A stretch of 64,000 nt of DNA from assembly GCA_012295275.1 (NCBI GenBank), contig CM022670.1, positions 14,260,001-14,324,000 of the forward strand, read 5' to 3'. The notes beneath the pieces were generated by a model. The model was not told the DNA's origin, made no database searches, and saw only the letters and a program-made list of their open reading frames with translations. Origin of the DNA: Chrysomallon squamiferum. Its lineage: Eukaryota; Animalia; Mollusca. The position numbers and the translations under genes were made by a program. Shown in pieces: positions 1 to 23,483 of this stretch; position 1 is the stretch's first letter; every line of letters starts with the position of its first letter.

Positions 1-386
1 TCAAATAACAGAAAAACAAAGCAAATCTGTTTCACAGGGGACATTATTAAATGAACTTCTATAAGGACACTCTTTACATCATCCCGTGTGTCAGCGACAG
101 TGTCAGCTACAACTACCTCGAAGGATGTCTGTCACATACACACACATCAAGTAGAGTGCAATAGTTCACAGCCATTTATTCATATTTGTCTCGATATTGC
201 CTGATTTGCCTTCCCCTGAGATTGGTTATTGCAGAGAGGGAAGTGGGGATAATAGTAATGGATTATTGTCGAAAACGCAAACAGAAGTTTAGAAGATGAA
301 CTATTATCTACATTGTCTTTTGTTTTCTTAAGTTTTTACAGGATTTAGAGGGAATATATTTTGAATATATTTATAAAGAGTGATAG

Positions 387-518
387 TGTATATATATGTA
401 TATATGTATATATATATGCATGCATGCATGCATGCATGCATGTTTGTATGTATGTGTATGTATGTATTTATGTATGCATGCGTGTTTGTATGTATGTATG
501 TATGTATGCATGTATGTA

Positions 519-554
<36 letters not shown>

Positions 555-728
555 TATATGTGTGTACGTATGCATGTATGTTTGTATGTATATATGTATG
601 TATGTATGTATATGTATGTATATATGTATGCATGTATATATGTATGTATGTATGTATATATGTATGTATGTATGTATGTATGTGTTTGTATGTATGTATG
701 TATGTATGTATGTATGTATGTATGTATG

Positions 729-760
<32 letters not shown>

Positions 761-774
761 TGTATGTATGTATG

Positions 775-806
<32 letters not shown>

Positions 807-848
807 TGTATGTATGTATGTATGCATGTATGTATGTATACACACACA
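387..848. repeat. Imperfect (TATG)n microsatellite
   Basis: Direct reading. Confidence 0.97.
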
Positions 849-2143
849 CATCTAAGCATTCACAGATACACAGAAATATTAACACATCAATACATTCATA
901 CACAAAAATAAATCCATAGCCGTATTCAAATAACAAAACACTCCCGAACAGCTAACAGCTAACTAACCAGTGTACATCCGCTCTGTCTCGCCTGTACAGC
1001 CGTGGTCCGAGTGTGACCTCTCATTCACTTTGATTCACTTAACAGTACACACATCGTTTGAAGTATCGACCCTCTCTGCCGGGGAAATTGGACAGACTGT
1101 AACTCATTATTAGGTCCAGACCTACGCGATGTAGTCGTTGGATTATTTCCCTTTCAAGGCTGAATCCCGTCAGCTGTTTATCAAAGAGGGAAGGTGCTAT
1201 CTAGATATATATATATATATATATCATATCATCTCTCTCTCTTGGGGAAGAATTCTTTCTTCAAATCCGAGCTTGCATGTAAGATAAATGTGTTTAAGTG
1301 CCTTCCCTTTGAAGTATTCTAAGAATTTCCAACAACAATTTAAAATAGAGAAACGTATTTCTTTGACTGTTTTACATATGTATTAGACTGACGCATTACA
1401 AAAACAAGAACTGAAATGTAATAATCTGTTTATGGTTTAATGCTGCTGGGTTTTAGTTACAGTCAACTTAACACTGGCAATGAACAGAGATGTGTCGTGC
1501 GGTAGACACCAGTTTATCTCACTTTTACACCCTGCTTTGGCTTTTATTTATTTTATATGCGCTTTTTACCGATGTACCGATACTGACGATTACAGTCTTA
1601 TAGATCAAAATTATCCCTTCTTCGTGAACGGTTTTAAACACCGAATGAATAAATCTGCGACAATCAATGAAAAATCAAACAACAGCGTATTTTTTTACAT
1701 TCACCTTAAGAAACTGATATTATGTCTGAAGGTATGCCGGTGGATAGACGACACAAATTAAATCTTTTTTTTTTTCTCAACATTTCACCATTACGTGAAT
1801 CAAAACTGTGAAAACAATCGATCATTTTGGAGAAACCAAAGAATAATCCGTCATCATTGACCTTTTAAGAGACAAAACAGTTTCTCTGTGTGAAACGAAA
1901 TGGCCTGCACCGCGTGGATCAAGTGAGATCGTGAGGTATTTGGACGAATCTGAAATTTTCCTTGTTCACAACGGCTACGAATGAATACATCAAAAGAAAT
2001 ATATGACTTATTAGACATTTTGTCTCAAGTAATAGTAGATGCTTAATAGTGGGGAAACAAACTGCTGGTGCGGACACAAGCTGGTGGTGAGGTTAAGTCA
2101 GTAATTTGAATCTTCCTGTATCTGTTTATGTATTTAAAAGAAA

Positions 2144-2315
<172 letters not shown>

Positions 2316-2521
2316 AAGACCACTTACAAATATGTATGAAAAAGGTATCAAAATAAATATTATTTTATGTTATTTGGTGTCAAATATTTTTTCCTTTATG
2401 TAAGATTATATATAAACACTAAAAACCAATCTTACAGAACTCCTCTACGAATAACATGTATTTCCCATTAAATATTGTTGTTGCTATTATTACTAACGAT
2501 ATAATTATTCTTTAATTTCAG

Positions 2522-10533
<8,012 letters not shown>

Positions 10534-10966
10534 TAACAAGTCACATATAAATAAAAACAATTTCATGCAAGTGCTTCCAGTAGGAAATAAATAGGTAAAA
10601 TAGACTGTTCACCTTTATAAGCATACACACACGCACACGCGCGCACACACAGTCTCATTCAGAGGCACACATACTTTCACACATATACACAATCACACAC
10701 ACATACACTCTCTCCCGTTCACAACTCACTGTCGTATACTATTATATTCAGATCTACATTTTTTTTTCTCTTTCACACGCACACACTCATACACAGAAAA
10801 CAGTATATCTAAAACAAACACACACATAGACACACATACAGACATCCTCTCTGTCTCTCCCTTCCCCTCTTTTCTCTCCCACAACCATACTCATGCACAC
10901 ACTCATACTGTCAATCACTGTTTTCCCCAAAAATATAAGTAATAATGTTTCTTATTTTAATTTCAG

Positions 10967-10995
10967 CACACTCAAGTCTTTCAGCGTGGGTTTGA
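10967..10995 (+). CDS. CARP candidate terminal exon B, (A)HSSLSAWV*
   Basis: ttttaatttcag acceptor; phase 1 match; in-frame TGA. Confidence 0.5.
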
Positions 10996-13632
10996 ACGGG
11001 ATAAAAGCGGTTATCAGGATCACAGAATACTTGTTAATCCTCGTATAATAACATATTTACTTCTCATCGAAGACACGAAACTAAATGTTTCCTACTTATG
11101 AACAAAAATACGTGTACAGTTATAAACGTGTTGAATTTTATTATTATTTTCTACTGGATCTTTTTTTTCTTCTGTAAATATGAGTTTAAATACGAAGAGA
11201 TATTGAATAATAATGTGAAACAATCCTTAAATATATGAAGTAACACCAACAACAACAACAACAAAAGTGTGATAATCATTAATTTCATACATTTGCACTT
11301 TTATTCATCGAAAAGGTGCTCTCACGGAATTAGGTCGAGTTAAACATTAATGCAGAAACTTCCGCCACATTAATTCTCGTGCCAAACGTCAGTTTTCGAG
11401 ATTGCAACAGTTGGATTTCCATAGAAATTGCTATTAAGTGACTGGTTCATGGTGATTATGTCACAATTTGTATTTTTTTCATCTATCTATGCAATCATTA
11501 AAAAGAAAATTTAAACAACCACTTTGGACGATTTATCTTAAAACAGACCAAAGAAAAACTGAAGAGCCAAATGTAGTTTAAGTGTACAAGGAGACAAATG
11601 GAACACATGCGGATAAAGAGTATTTCCTTTCTCGCCAAGTCGTAACGGCAGATCAGATCGTCATTACACGAACAAAGAACTTCATTCATTTACAAAGCAA
11701 GCGAACAATTCAAAACAGGTGTTTATTTATTCACTTTTTTTACTTACTTATTTATTTATTTTGCTTGTTTATTATGCATCTTGTAGTGAAATGTGAGTGA
11801 AATATTACGATTTAAAACATATATTTTAAACAGTATATCTAATTAATACTCAAATAACCGTTGAAAACACACACACACATTACATTACATGTTAAACACA
11901 AAAAATAAGTCAATATATATTCACCTTTTACAAGAAATAATACAATTCATAGGATTAACGAATAAGAACAACAACAAAGATAATAAACGTTGTAAATATG
12001 GCAGTAAGATAAAAGATTATAGCTGTTTTATTTAAATATATATTTTTGTTCAGTTATTTTTATTATTATTTTTTTAACATTTTGTGTCGTGTGTTTTATG
12101 GGAAATTGTTTTTATTGTACAGTATATAAACAAAACAAAACAAAAAAACAACACAATAAATAAATAAAAACTAGGCTTAATTAATCATTAAATGTGTAAA
12201 TGTCCACAGTGAATGGTCATGGTCAGATATGATTTGTTTTCAGAATGGTTATTAGTCAGCTGTGTATCGGGAGGACATATTAAATTAAAATACGAGTGTG
12301 AAAATACGCAGAATTTTGGAAAGATAAATATTTGGATTTCGATGTTTGGTTTGGAATGGGATGCATTATTAACGACATCAGTAAAATGATTTAGTGAAAT
12401 TGTAATACATGTATATACATTTTGTAAAATTTACATTTTATTGCAACATATATTAAATAATAAATACAATACAATACATACATACATACATACATACATA
12501 CATACATACATACATACATACATACAAACGTACTAGGGAAGCAGATCGAAAAGATGCTAGCAAATACGAATACATTTTAACGAGATATCTTAACCATCTG
12601 TATATACAAATAAATCACTACGGAACGCAAACTCAGTTAATATCTGTACTCAGTCCTTTAACTATATTCGCAGATTATTTTTATATTTGTGTTCAGTGTT
12701 GCATGAATATTATCAACAGATGTGACAGCGTAGTTCATGCGTGCACGAAAAATAGGCATCACTGAAATAATGTGAGTCACAGAACTAATGCCTGGTAAGT
12801 CGGACTCGAAAATTATTTGGTAAAATTTTCTCTACAATCAACCTTGATTAGTTAAAGTTTGTTACATACACACACACATACATACATACATACATACATA
12901 CGCTCTCAAACATGCTGGTTGTCATGGTTACTGGTGTGTTTTACATTAATTATCAAATAATGCTGGGAATACTTTATTTGGTGCTTAATTTGATCGGATG
13001 TATAATTTAGACAGTGTTGCGAAGTTTTTAGCTTGAAATGTTGTATATGTATATGTACATTCTTTCTCAGTAGACTTCTGGTGAAGGAAGAAAATAAAAA
13101 TATATTTGATATATTTAAAGATCTTTGTTTTATGTGGTGTTGTTTTGAGTGGTGCATGCAGAGCGAACTCCGTAATATCTAAAACAATAAAACAAACACA
13201 AAAAATAAACAAAATAATAATAATAACAACAAAAATAATAAAAACAGCAATAAAAATAAAAAATTAAATTAAATTAAAAATAAATAAATAAAAATAAACA
13301 GAGAAACGAATACATTTTACACAAACATTAGTAAAATTACTAACACATCCGTACAAAAACACTTATATGTCTGTTTTTTAACACACACACAACACACAAA
13401 CAAGACAACACACAATCAACACACACACACAAGACAAAATAATAATAATAATAATAATAATAATTAAATTAAAACAAAAATCAACACTTAAATATACACA
13501 TACACACATCAGAAAAAAAGAGTAGTAACGCAAAAATAAGGCGTTCACCAAAAATTAAACTTCAATTGACATTATTAAGACAGTGAAATACAAGGGTAAC
13601 CTATTTTGGCTTTTGTTGTAGAACGTTTCAAC

Positions 13633-13950
13633 ACGTCCCCGTAGCGCAGTGGATAGCGCGCTGGACTTCTAATCCAGAGGTCGCGGGTTCGAGTCCCGCC
13701 GGGGATGAGCTTCGTTGACGTTTATTTCTTTTTTTATTTGTGTGACAGAAACATCGCTGAGTACAACTATATTACTTTACTGTGACACAATAAGAGATTA
13801 TATAATTATTAAGTATTAAGAATTTATATAAAAAGTTAAAAAAAAAGATACAAAAGATTATTCGCTCATTCAACAACAAAAAAAATAAATTAGAAAAAGA
13901 AAGAAAAAAGAAAGACACATGATAAAGACGAATGAGGAAGAGAGAGAATT
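13633..13950. repeat. Inverted copy of ~2845-3170 (tRNA plus ~250 bp of 3' flank)
   Basis: 13708-13875 is essentially the exact reverse complement of the non-coding 2925-3095 region; similarity continues to ...gacacatgataaagacgaatgaggaag. Confidence 0.9.
13635..13707 (+). tRNA. trnR-UCU: tRNA-Arg(UCU)
   Basis: 73-nt cloverleaf, TCT anticodon, T-run terminator about 20 nt downstream. Confidence 0.96.
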
Positions 13951-14386
13951 GAACAAGTTTGTGGTAAAAAAAAAAATATTAAAAAAATACAACAACAACA
14001 TACGAACATCTAATGTAATGAATTCAAATAACAAAAATCCGGCACACTTCCGGTTCTGGTTGTGTCAATGTTTTTCCGCTTCCTATGACCATTTAGTTCT
14101 CTCTTTTCTAACATTTCAGTCCTCGCTTTCGGCTTGATTTATTTACTAAATTCGTTCTTTTGAAAGGAAACCTTTTGGCAGCCAGGAAATCGAACTGTCG
14201 TAAATAAGAAAGAGAGGACAGGAAGGTGATCAAATATTTTACACCAGAGAACACAGAAAGTGCGTGTTTGTTTGTGAAAAAGAAAAAATGAAGTGAAAAG
14301 AAAGAGAAACCTTCATGTGAAAGCGTTGGAACTGGGTTGCATGCATGAGGGAACGAGAGGGTATAATACACCTGTGGATTTCAATT

Positions 14387-14417
<31 letters not shown>

Positions 14418-14448
14418 TTATTTTTATCATCATCATCATCATCATCAA

Positions 14449-14491
<43 letters not shown>

Positions 14492-15210
14492 GTTTCTTTT
14501 TATTAACAATACTCATGATTATGATTATTATCGTTGTGTTTGTCGCTGAATGAAAGTTTTGTGATAATGTATGTTTACAACGAAAACTCACATACTACAA
14601 CCACATCGTGTTCACATTATACTGTTATTCTTTAAATAAACTGGTTTCACAGGTCATCGCCACGTGAACACATCAGACGCAGTTTACTGAACACAAGATC
14701 AGGGTCGTCTTTTCTTCACTATCTTTTACCTCCTTATCAAAATCATTAAACTACGAAAACATATTCAGTTGATAAGAACACAGGTTTTTTTTTATAGTTC
14801 ATATCTAGCATATACAAAATGTAATTGCCACGGACTGATACATCTTCACATCAGTAAAAGTTCAGAAGTTTAGAATCCAGTGTAGGTTATAAAGAAAGGA
14901 AAACAACAGCAACAACATCACGCTCGAGTTGAATGGAGGTTGAATTTACTATCACTACGTGGTAACTTATGTTACCCTCAGAACATTAGAAATTAAACAC
15001 AAACGTGACGATGAATATAAATCATTTCAGTACGAATTTGTACTCCCCACCATCATCATCCAGGATTTGCTTAATCTCTTTTTGTGTATCATATTAATAT
15101 AGAATTGTATTTACTTTCGTATTTACTTTCGTGTAAACGCTTACACCAAGTCAGTATAATAAAAATGGTTAAATAGCAACCCCCAAAAACCAACAACAAA
15201 CAAAAACAAC

Positions 15211-15242
<32 letters not shown>

Positions 15243-15295
15243 GTAAAATTATTATTATATGTAAATCAACACTAGATATAATTGCCCATTTACAG

Positions 15296-15368
15296 GTCCC
15301 CGTAGCGTAGTGGATAGCGCGCTGGACTTCTAATCCAGAGGTCGCGGGTTCGAGTCCCGCCGGGGATG
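15296..15368 (+). tRNA. trnR-UCU: tRNA-Arg(UCU)
   Basis: 73-nt cloverleaf with a C13T change (T-G wobble in the D stem); TTTTT just downstream. Confidence 0.94.
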
Positions 15369-15998
15369 GGTACTTTTTAAAAATACATTATATTATTATT
15401 TAATAACAATTTTATTTTTTTAAATTAATTATGATAATAATAATAACAAAAAGTAAGATTACAGTGAACAGTGTCAGAAAACAACCTAATAAAAACTATT
15501 AGACTTTAATATAAAATAGAATAAAATAAAAAGAGAAAAGATATGAAACTTGTATTCCTCTATAAATCAGTCTTCAGTTAATTCAGTTAACTAGTGACTG
15601 AACAAATGATTTTTAACAATAGTTGGTTTAATATTTTTAGAAGATATAATGACATAGGCACAAGAAAGAAAATGACGCTGCGGATTTATTACGATATTAT
15701 ATTATATTATTTACAAAACTTGTATTTAATATCAAATAAAACACCAGGAAATAATTATAATTATTATTTTAGTTCATTATAATAATCTTGGGAAAACTTT
15801 AATTATTTTTTTAAAATTAAATATTTTAAAATTATTTCTAGATTTTTGTTACTAATACATTATTTACCAAATAATACTAAATATTTTCATTTATTGACTG
15901 TGGTGTATTTTTAAAGTTAAGTTACATGAAAAAGGAAATATTCTAAATATATTTAAGATATTTTTAGTCTTACACGTCATGAAGTTTTTGAACTTAAC

Positions 15999-16071
15999 GT
16001 CCCCGTAGCGCAGTGGATAGCGCGCTGGACTTCTAATCCAGAGGTCGCGGGTTCGAGTCCCGCCGAGGATT
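15999..16071 (+). tRNA. trnR-UCU: tRNA-Arg(UCU) variant
   Basis: Cloverleaf with TCT anticodon; C5:A68 acceptor-stem mismatch and T at the discriminator position. Confidence 0.85.
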
Positions 16072-19000
16072 CATAAACATTTATTTTTATTTCTGTGGTC
16101 ATGATATTTAACATACATAATTAAAGTTTATTTTCTTACTATGCATTATTTGAACAGAAGAACGTTCAAGGTCACGGCTGACAGTTATGATTACATCTCC
16201 CTTTGTCATGGACAGACTGCTCATTTTATTTTACCTCATCGATAAAGATCTACACACAATTCTCTTCTCTGTTTGTTGGGACGCCGCGGAACGTTACCAG
16301 TTTCAATACCTCAAACGGAGCCGATTCCACATCAAAGAAACGCCCGCACTATCATCAACGGGCTTTAAAAGCAAAACCAGCGCCCTGGGGCTAAACATTG
16401 AACGGCGTACAGTTACAGTAAACTTGAAATTGACAAGACGTTTGTACTACTACAGAACTTAATTGGAAAATGATGGGGATAAAAAAAAAAAAAAAAAAAA
16501 TTAAAGAAAAAATAAAATATAAAAGAAGAAAGGGAAAACGTGGACAGACTTGTTGTATGCTTTATATATGTCTCGGGGGTTAAGGTCATCGTAAAACATG
16601 AGCTAGAACTGTCAAACTGCAGAAAAGTTACGACGAGAGGTCCGCGGATTTCTGTAGTTAATTATTGTGAAGTAATGAGATTATATAACGCGGCTAATAG
16701 AGTGTGTGCAAAATGGAACGGGAGGATACAGATCCGTGTGAAAGGATTGGAAATATGGATGGTTATGGACGGTAATAAAATAATAATACAAGCCAGAACA
16801 GACATACGCTCACGGGGGTAAAAAAAGCTTTTATATATTTTATTTTTTCAGTTATATCATATTTCACTGATCATATAACATAGAGAAAAAGATATTTTAA
16901 ATATCAGATTAAATAATCGTTCATTACAAATGACATTAGAAAACAAAAATGGAAGTTAAAAAGGAGATAGAAGCAGATACACACGTAAACATACAAACAC
17001 ATAAAAATAAATAAATAAATAAATAAATAAAAATGTCTGAATGTCGTTAGACTCATAAAGTACAAAAAAAAAAAAAAAAAAAACATTTCATTGACATTCT
17101 AAGGAGTAGAAAACGAATTCATATTTAATACGGTAAGTGACGTCACAACGATGAATTAGCCTGTACTAATGAATTCAGAACTCGTTTTGCGATTACAAAG
17201 CACAGTATTAATGAGCGGAAATTGTTGAAGACTTTATTATTAAACCCACAATATTCTACGTCATCTGTTGCGATGACAAAATAAATAATTGAAACTAAAT
17301 AAATACTTTTTCAACATTTATCTTATAACGTCAGTTACGTGAATTCGTGAAAGCCTTTTCAGGAAGGCAGATTATTATTTTTAATTGTAGCTCCCGCAAC
17401 AAGTATATCATCAGTTTTCCATTATATTACAGGAAATGAAAAACTGTGACTAATTTGGGAAGTACTAATTTCTGGGTTAATTAAAACTTCTGTCTCTCCG
17501 TTTGTCTGTATGTCAGTGTCTGTTTGTCTCTTTCTTTCTCTTTCTCCCTCCCTCCCTTCCTCTCATTCTCTCTAATTGTCTACCTCGCATTTGTCTTCTC
17601 TTGTCTGAATTAATTAATAGCATTTCTATAAATCTCAGTTTCTTTTCTGTTTTTCTTTCTTGAAGTGAGGTATACATTAAGTTTGAAAGACCCAGACTAA
17701 CGAGAAACAAATGTAATCAATGCGTCTTCTTTCTTTCTTTCTTTTTTTTTTTTTTTTTTTTTTAAGTCTGATATATCTGTAATGTAGAAATTTTTATTAA
17801 ATGAGATATTTTGTTGTTAATGGAGCTTTTTCTTTCTTTCTTTCTTTTTGGTGGGGGTTTATTGGACGTATGCTGTTTGATTATCTGAATATCTGAAACT
17901 GATCTGTTTTTTAAATGAATATTTAATTCAGTATACCATTAATGAGTTCTATTATTACAAAGGAATAAAACAAATACAACAAATATCCTCTTCCAAAAAT
18001 GCAGATAAACAAAAACAAATGAAGAATATGGTATTCGAATGCAACGAAACAATCTCAGTCTTCGAACAAAAAACATACGTTTACAATTATAAATATTATT
18101 CTAAACATCAAGTGTATGCTTCGACGATAATATCTTTTTAAAGTTTTCAAAAATAAAAAATAAAAAATAAAATAAAATGCATTTAACATTTTTCTTCTTT
18201 TCAAATTTCGAATGATTTACATACAACTAACCTCACGAACAAGTGTAATCCAGACATGCTAATTTTATCACTAACATCCTTTTTCAGAAATGACTGCATA
18301 GTGTGGCCGCCTTTAGGTTATATTTTCTAAAGCTGAGAAAAGCAATTCAATTTCTGAGTTATGTCATTTTCCCATTAGCCTTGGATAAAATGTAATTTGC
18401 GAGGAACATTTTTCTCAAACGATCAAGGGTCCTTACAAAATAGCTCATGTCATTTTTGTTCTTAAAAGAATTAGGAACTTTTTTTAAAAATGGTCTCACG
18501 ACATGAAAGTTTCTTGATTCTGGTAATATCGGCTTATGACAATTCAATGCCTATACAAGTGAAAGAGTTTTGTAATGGACTTAATTCTATTATGTAGATT
18601 CGTAACGGATGTTTTTTTTTTGTTTGTTTTTTTTTACCAGTAAATTTTGATACAGTGGGGTTAATAGTTACGTGATGTATTTTGGAATGTTAACGAGTCT
18701 GTTCTGAAAGCTTATATAGCAAGCTGCGTTTCAGTTAAATGTAAATGGAACTGAGATAATAAATTTCAGAGGTTCATTGAATTGTGTGGCATGTTAGAAT
18801 ATTGTGCTCTGTATTAAAATTCTGAATTGTACGACGACCGCATTATGTGGCTAGAATGAATTGTGCAAAAATGACTGTATACGTGTGTTTTTATGAGTGA
18901 AAGACATATACACACACAAATACACACGTATATTTACATACATACATACACACATAGATATATCGATATATAGATAGATAGACAGATAGACAGAAATACA

Positions 19001-20244
19001 GACATAAATAATAAAAAAAGTTTGACAGTGTGAAAGAAAGAAAAGTTAGAGTATAACTCTATACATTTCTATGTGAGATAGGAGAAAGAAATAGAGAGAA
19101 AGATAGATAAAGAAAAAAGGAGAGATAGTGGAAGGGAGAGAGAGAGAAAAAAATTACGATAAAGGGAGAAATATATATAGAGAGAGAGATCGATAGAAGG
19201 AAATAGTATACATTCGGTAAATGAAATATATTTTATATATATTGTTTTGTGTGTTTATTACACGTTTCATTTGTAATTTAAAATCGTAATTTTATCTTTA
19301 ATTTACTTCTTTATATAACATCCAATATCATGAATTTTGAAACTACGCTTTCAAGAAATCAAATGTTTGGAAATGACCGTTTTGGTTTCATTCTTGGTGA
19401 TTGAATTTCTCACTACAGCCTCTGTGACGGAAGAAAACACTTTGAAACGATGACTGACGATTGTGATCTTGAGAATTGTGTATCGTCCGCCCTCCCTGTT
19501 GATTTGGCCAATTCTCGAGAGGTCGATTTCTGCCTAAAACAATCAGGAGAACACAGAGGTCTCTCTTGTTAGATGTCTTTTATAGGCTTTTTACACACCG
19601 GCGTCTTAATCAAAGTGGAAGTCCTCTCTAACGTGAAACAGATTTATTTTTCTACAAGCGATTGTGGCAGTCTTCACAAACGTGAAATGGGTATTGTTGG
19701 CAGTCCTCTCTAGCGAAATTTGGATATTTATCGAAGCGAATGCAGCAGTCTCCATAATATAAACATAATGATAGCATTCTGTGAAATCGAATTTCTATGT
19801 ATGTTTTTTTTTTTAAGTTGTAATAGTAATATTTTATAAAACTTGAAATTTGTGTCTGTAAATACGGATATATTTTTTTTGTTTCAGTGGATCTTCCATC
19901 TTGTTTTTATTTTTAATTCCTGGTCACAGTCTCTGCTGATTTGCTGTACTTGCTTTTTGGATACCCTCTTTTTGAAAGACAAAAAAAATGTGATGTGAAA
20001 GAAAGACAAAATATAACTGAGTACCCCAATCTACGATTGGTTATTTCTTGTTATATCAGTACCCATGGCCATGTCAAACCTTGTGTTCATACATTTCGGA
20101 GGACATGGTTATAATAGTTAAGAGTAACTTGTTTTCTAAATTAAATATCTCATGTAAATAATGTCTGACCCTTAAAACAGTTAATACTGATATATATATT
20201 ATTTAATATGCTTCGTAAATGAAAAGTAATTAATATAAAACCAA

Positions 20245-20277
<33 letters not shown>

Positions 20278-20898
20278 TTGGAGCACAAATAATTAAAGAA
20301 GAATAATAATAATAAAAAAAAAAAAAAAAAAAAAAAAAATCTGTAATAGTGTGTCAATCCGTCCTTATGTCACAGATCAAACAAGTCTAGAAAGAAACTT
20401 TATGTCAACGAATATTACGAGAATTAAAAATCTATTCCATCGATTTCCCTGATCGTTCAGTTCATCCCGCCCGAGCGGCCCTTCTGCCGAGGGACCAAAA
20501 GTCATTTCGCTTGTCTCCGGCAATTTATTCCCAAGCCGAGTACTTTCGTGAGAATCTCCGACAGCCCTTTCGTCCATTACCAACAATGCCGATGCCAGTG
20601 GGTATTTGAACGAAAATTGCATTTAATGCATCTTGAGTCGACGTGTCTCCAAAGATCTTGTTTCAGATCAGTGGGTACAACTCGGGGTCAAAGATCGCTG
20701 GCGTTGTCGCGAGAGAGAAGGTTTCAGTTAGCCTCATCAGTTTTACCACTTCCCTTCATCGTGTTGTCATAAAAGCTCGTTCATGACATGTTTATTGTTG
20801 TAGAAACTTAATACTGAAAACATTTCCATAGAAATAATGTTATTCAGAGTGGAAAGGTCAGTGACAGGCTGAGAAAACTGGAGAAGACGAAGTAGGAG

Positions 20899-21001
<103 letters not shown>

Positions 21002-21009
21002 ACGTAGAT

Positions 21010-21496
21010 CAGGGGAGAGCCCAATACGTCGATCGCGATCGACCGATCAATCGCCAATGTAGTGATTGTAGATCGCGCGCCATCCAGTGCAAGTCATCAG
21101 TGTAAGGTAGTGACCATAAATGTATTCAGTTGTATTGTCCCGTAAGGTTTCATGCAGTGAAGCAAGGTGCGCCAACATATATTGTATATATAAACTCTAC
21201 TCAGTACTTTTACGAATGAACATAGTTAGCATTTTTTAATACAGGTCGATGATTTTGACCTGGTTGTTTTAAAAGTAGCTCGCAAGCTGAAAGATGTAGA
21301 CCATAACTTTTGTCAAGGCATTCAGTAATATTAGTTTACCTTGTACAGACCAATCAACACTAATCCGAATACAGATGCTTTATGCAGTAACAAATACAGC
21401 CTTTACGAATGCGTGCAAGATAAGAATTATAATAATTGCATGGACCATCACTAAAAATATTTCTGGTAGACAAACAGAAAACTGTTGTCCACCCTG
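21010..21496. mobile_element. Degenerate hAT-like non-autonomous element (tentative)
   Basis: Left end CAGGGGAGAGCCCAA followed by GTCGATCGCGATCGACC and GTAGATCGCG subterminal motifs resembling hAT/Charlie ends; possible right end GTTGTCCACCCTG; no TSD recognisable. Confidence 0.4.
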
Positions 21497-23366
21497 AGTC
21501 AGTCGATATTTTGCTAGCTTGCACATATACAGCGTAAATTTAGTTTCCTTTTCTTTTTCTCTCTTTTGTTTTTCACTATTGTGTTTTCGAGCGTTTCGTT
21601 TTAATATCAGCTCATCTGTGACTGTGTGTGTGTGTTGTGTGTGTGTGTGTGTGTTTGTGTTTGTGTGTGTGTGTCTAAGTAAATTAATACATTTTTGTCT
21701 ATGTTGCAGTTTATGGGTATGTTTTGTTTGTGTAAAACAAAAGAATATACGTTTAAAAAAAATAATAAAATATTCGTCAAGTCTTTATTTAAAAATTCTT
21801 TTAAAAACAAATTATCGTTCTTAACTATCCGGTGTTTACATAAATTATAAGCTAATTTGTTTATCATATTTCCACCCCACACTAAATTACATACAATCAC
21901 GCACACTCACACACATAATAATACGATTGACGCCTAATTATCATACATATTCAGCTGTCATAATATAATCATATTTTATACGTGTAATGATTCTGATAAT
22001 CGTTTAAATCCATTTCATTATAACATCTAACTATTTTTACTGACTTAGCAGACCGCCATTTCTTTTTTATCCACTAGAAACTGAAGTATATTTGAAAATC
22101 GAGATATTCGAGAATAAATAACATATCTTTGAAACTCCCAGGAGTGACAGAGTCTGTGCTAACTACAATGTTACTCGTTTGACAACTTTGGAACACTTAA
22201 GACATATCCTCTGTTTAAGATTGATAAAACAGGTTATCGCGTGTTCTGTAATACGGCTTGTTGTTTTTGGTCGATAGGTCGATAGTGGTTATGATTTAGC
22301 ACAGAACAGACTTAATAAACGTTAATGTTTGATGATTCTTAGCGTTTTATTATCGTCTGACATTTTTGTAAAGAAACATGTACTTGGTGCGTGATGGCGA
22401 AAATGAATATCATGAGAAAACAACAAGAACGAAAAAAAAACCACCCAACAACAACAATAAAGTGTGCGCGAGAGTGCGAGAAAAAAAAAATGTTATAGGA
22501 AACAAAGAGAGAAAAGATATATATTACATGTGTGCGTGTGAAAGAAAGAGAATAATTAAAAAAAAAAAAAAAAAAAAAAACAGACTGAGAAAGACAGACA
22601 AACGGAGGGACAGAACCAAAGAAACAGAATCTGCAATAAATATAGAATAATGAAATTTTGTTTTGCCATAGATATAACATAGTATAATTTAATATGTATG
22701 TATGTATATATATATGTACCTTGACTTACGAGTTTAATTCGTTCCGTGACCGAGCTCGGAACTGAAATTGCCCATATATCAAATCAGTTTTCCCAACTGA
22801 AATTACCTGAAATACCATTAATCCATTCCAACCTTCCAAAACCACCCCAATGTTTTGTAACGTGTTTTTAAATAATAAAAATTTATGTATAAATGACAAA
22901 TATTTTATAAAAACAAAATAAAAGAGAATGTAAAGAAATAAATTGGTTTTGTAAAATGTACAGTGTAGGATTTCTCCATCTTTTCATGTCGTAAAAGTAC
23001 TAAAGGTACATGCACACCTCAGTCATATTTTTCTTTGAATTCAAGCTTTAATTCAATGGACATCATGCGCTTCTTCTCAGCACTGTCCTTTGCACTCACT
23101 TTCTTAGGATCCGTGGAAATTTGGCAAAATACTGCACAAAACGCGAGCACAACACAACAGAGATGCTTTAACGGCGAGGTAACCACGTCAAGCACACTAG
23201 TGAGACGCAGGATGGTGGGCGGATGTTATGCTGTTCGCTGTGCCAACTAGAGGCGGCGTATCTGAAGATCGCACGTAACTCGGATTTTGGCTCTCTACTC
23301 AAAGCAAAAAATCAACCGGCCGGCTACTCGAAACTCGAAAACTCGTACATTGGAGCACTCGTAAGT

Positions 23367-23483
<117 letters not shown>

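Noticed and set aside
328-936. Six overlapping 127-202 aa ORFs (YIHT/MYVC repeats)
   Set aside because: Translations of the stop-free (TATG)n microsatellite.
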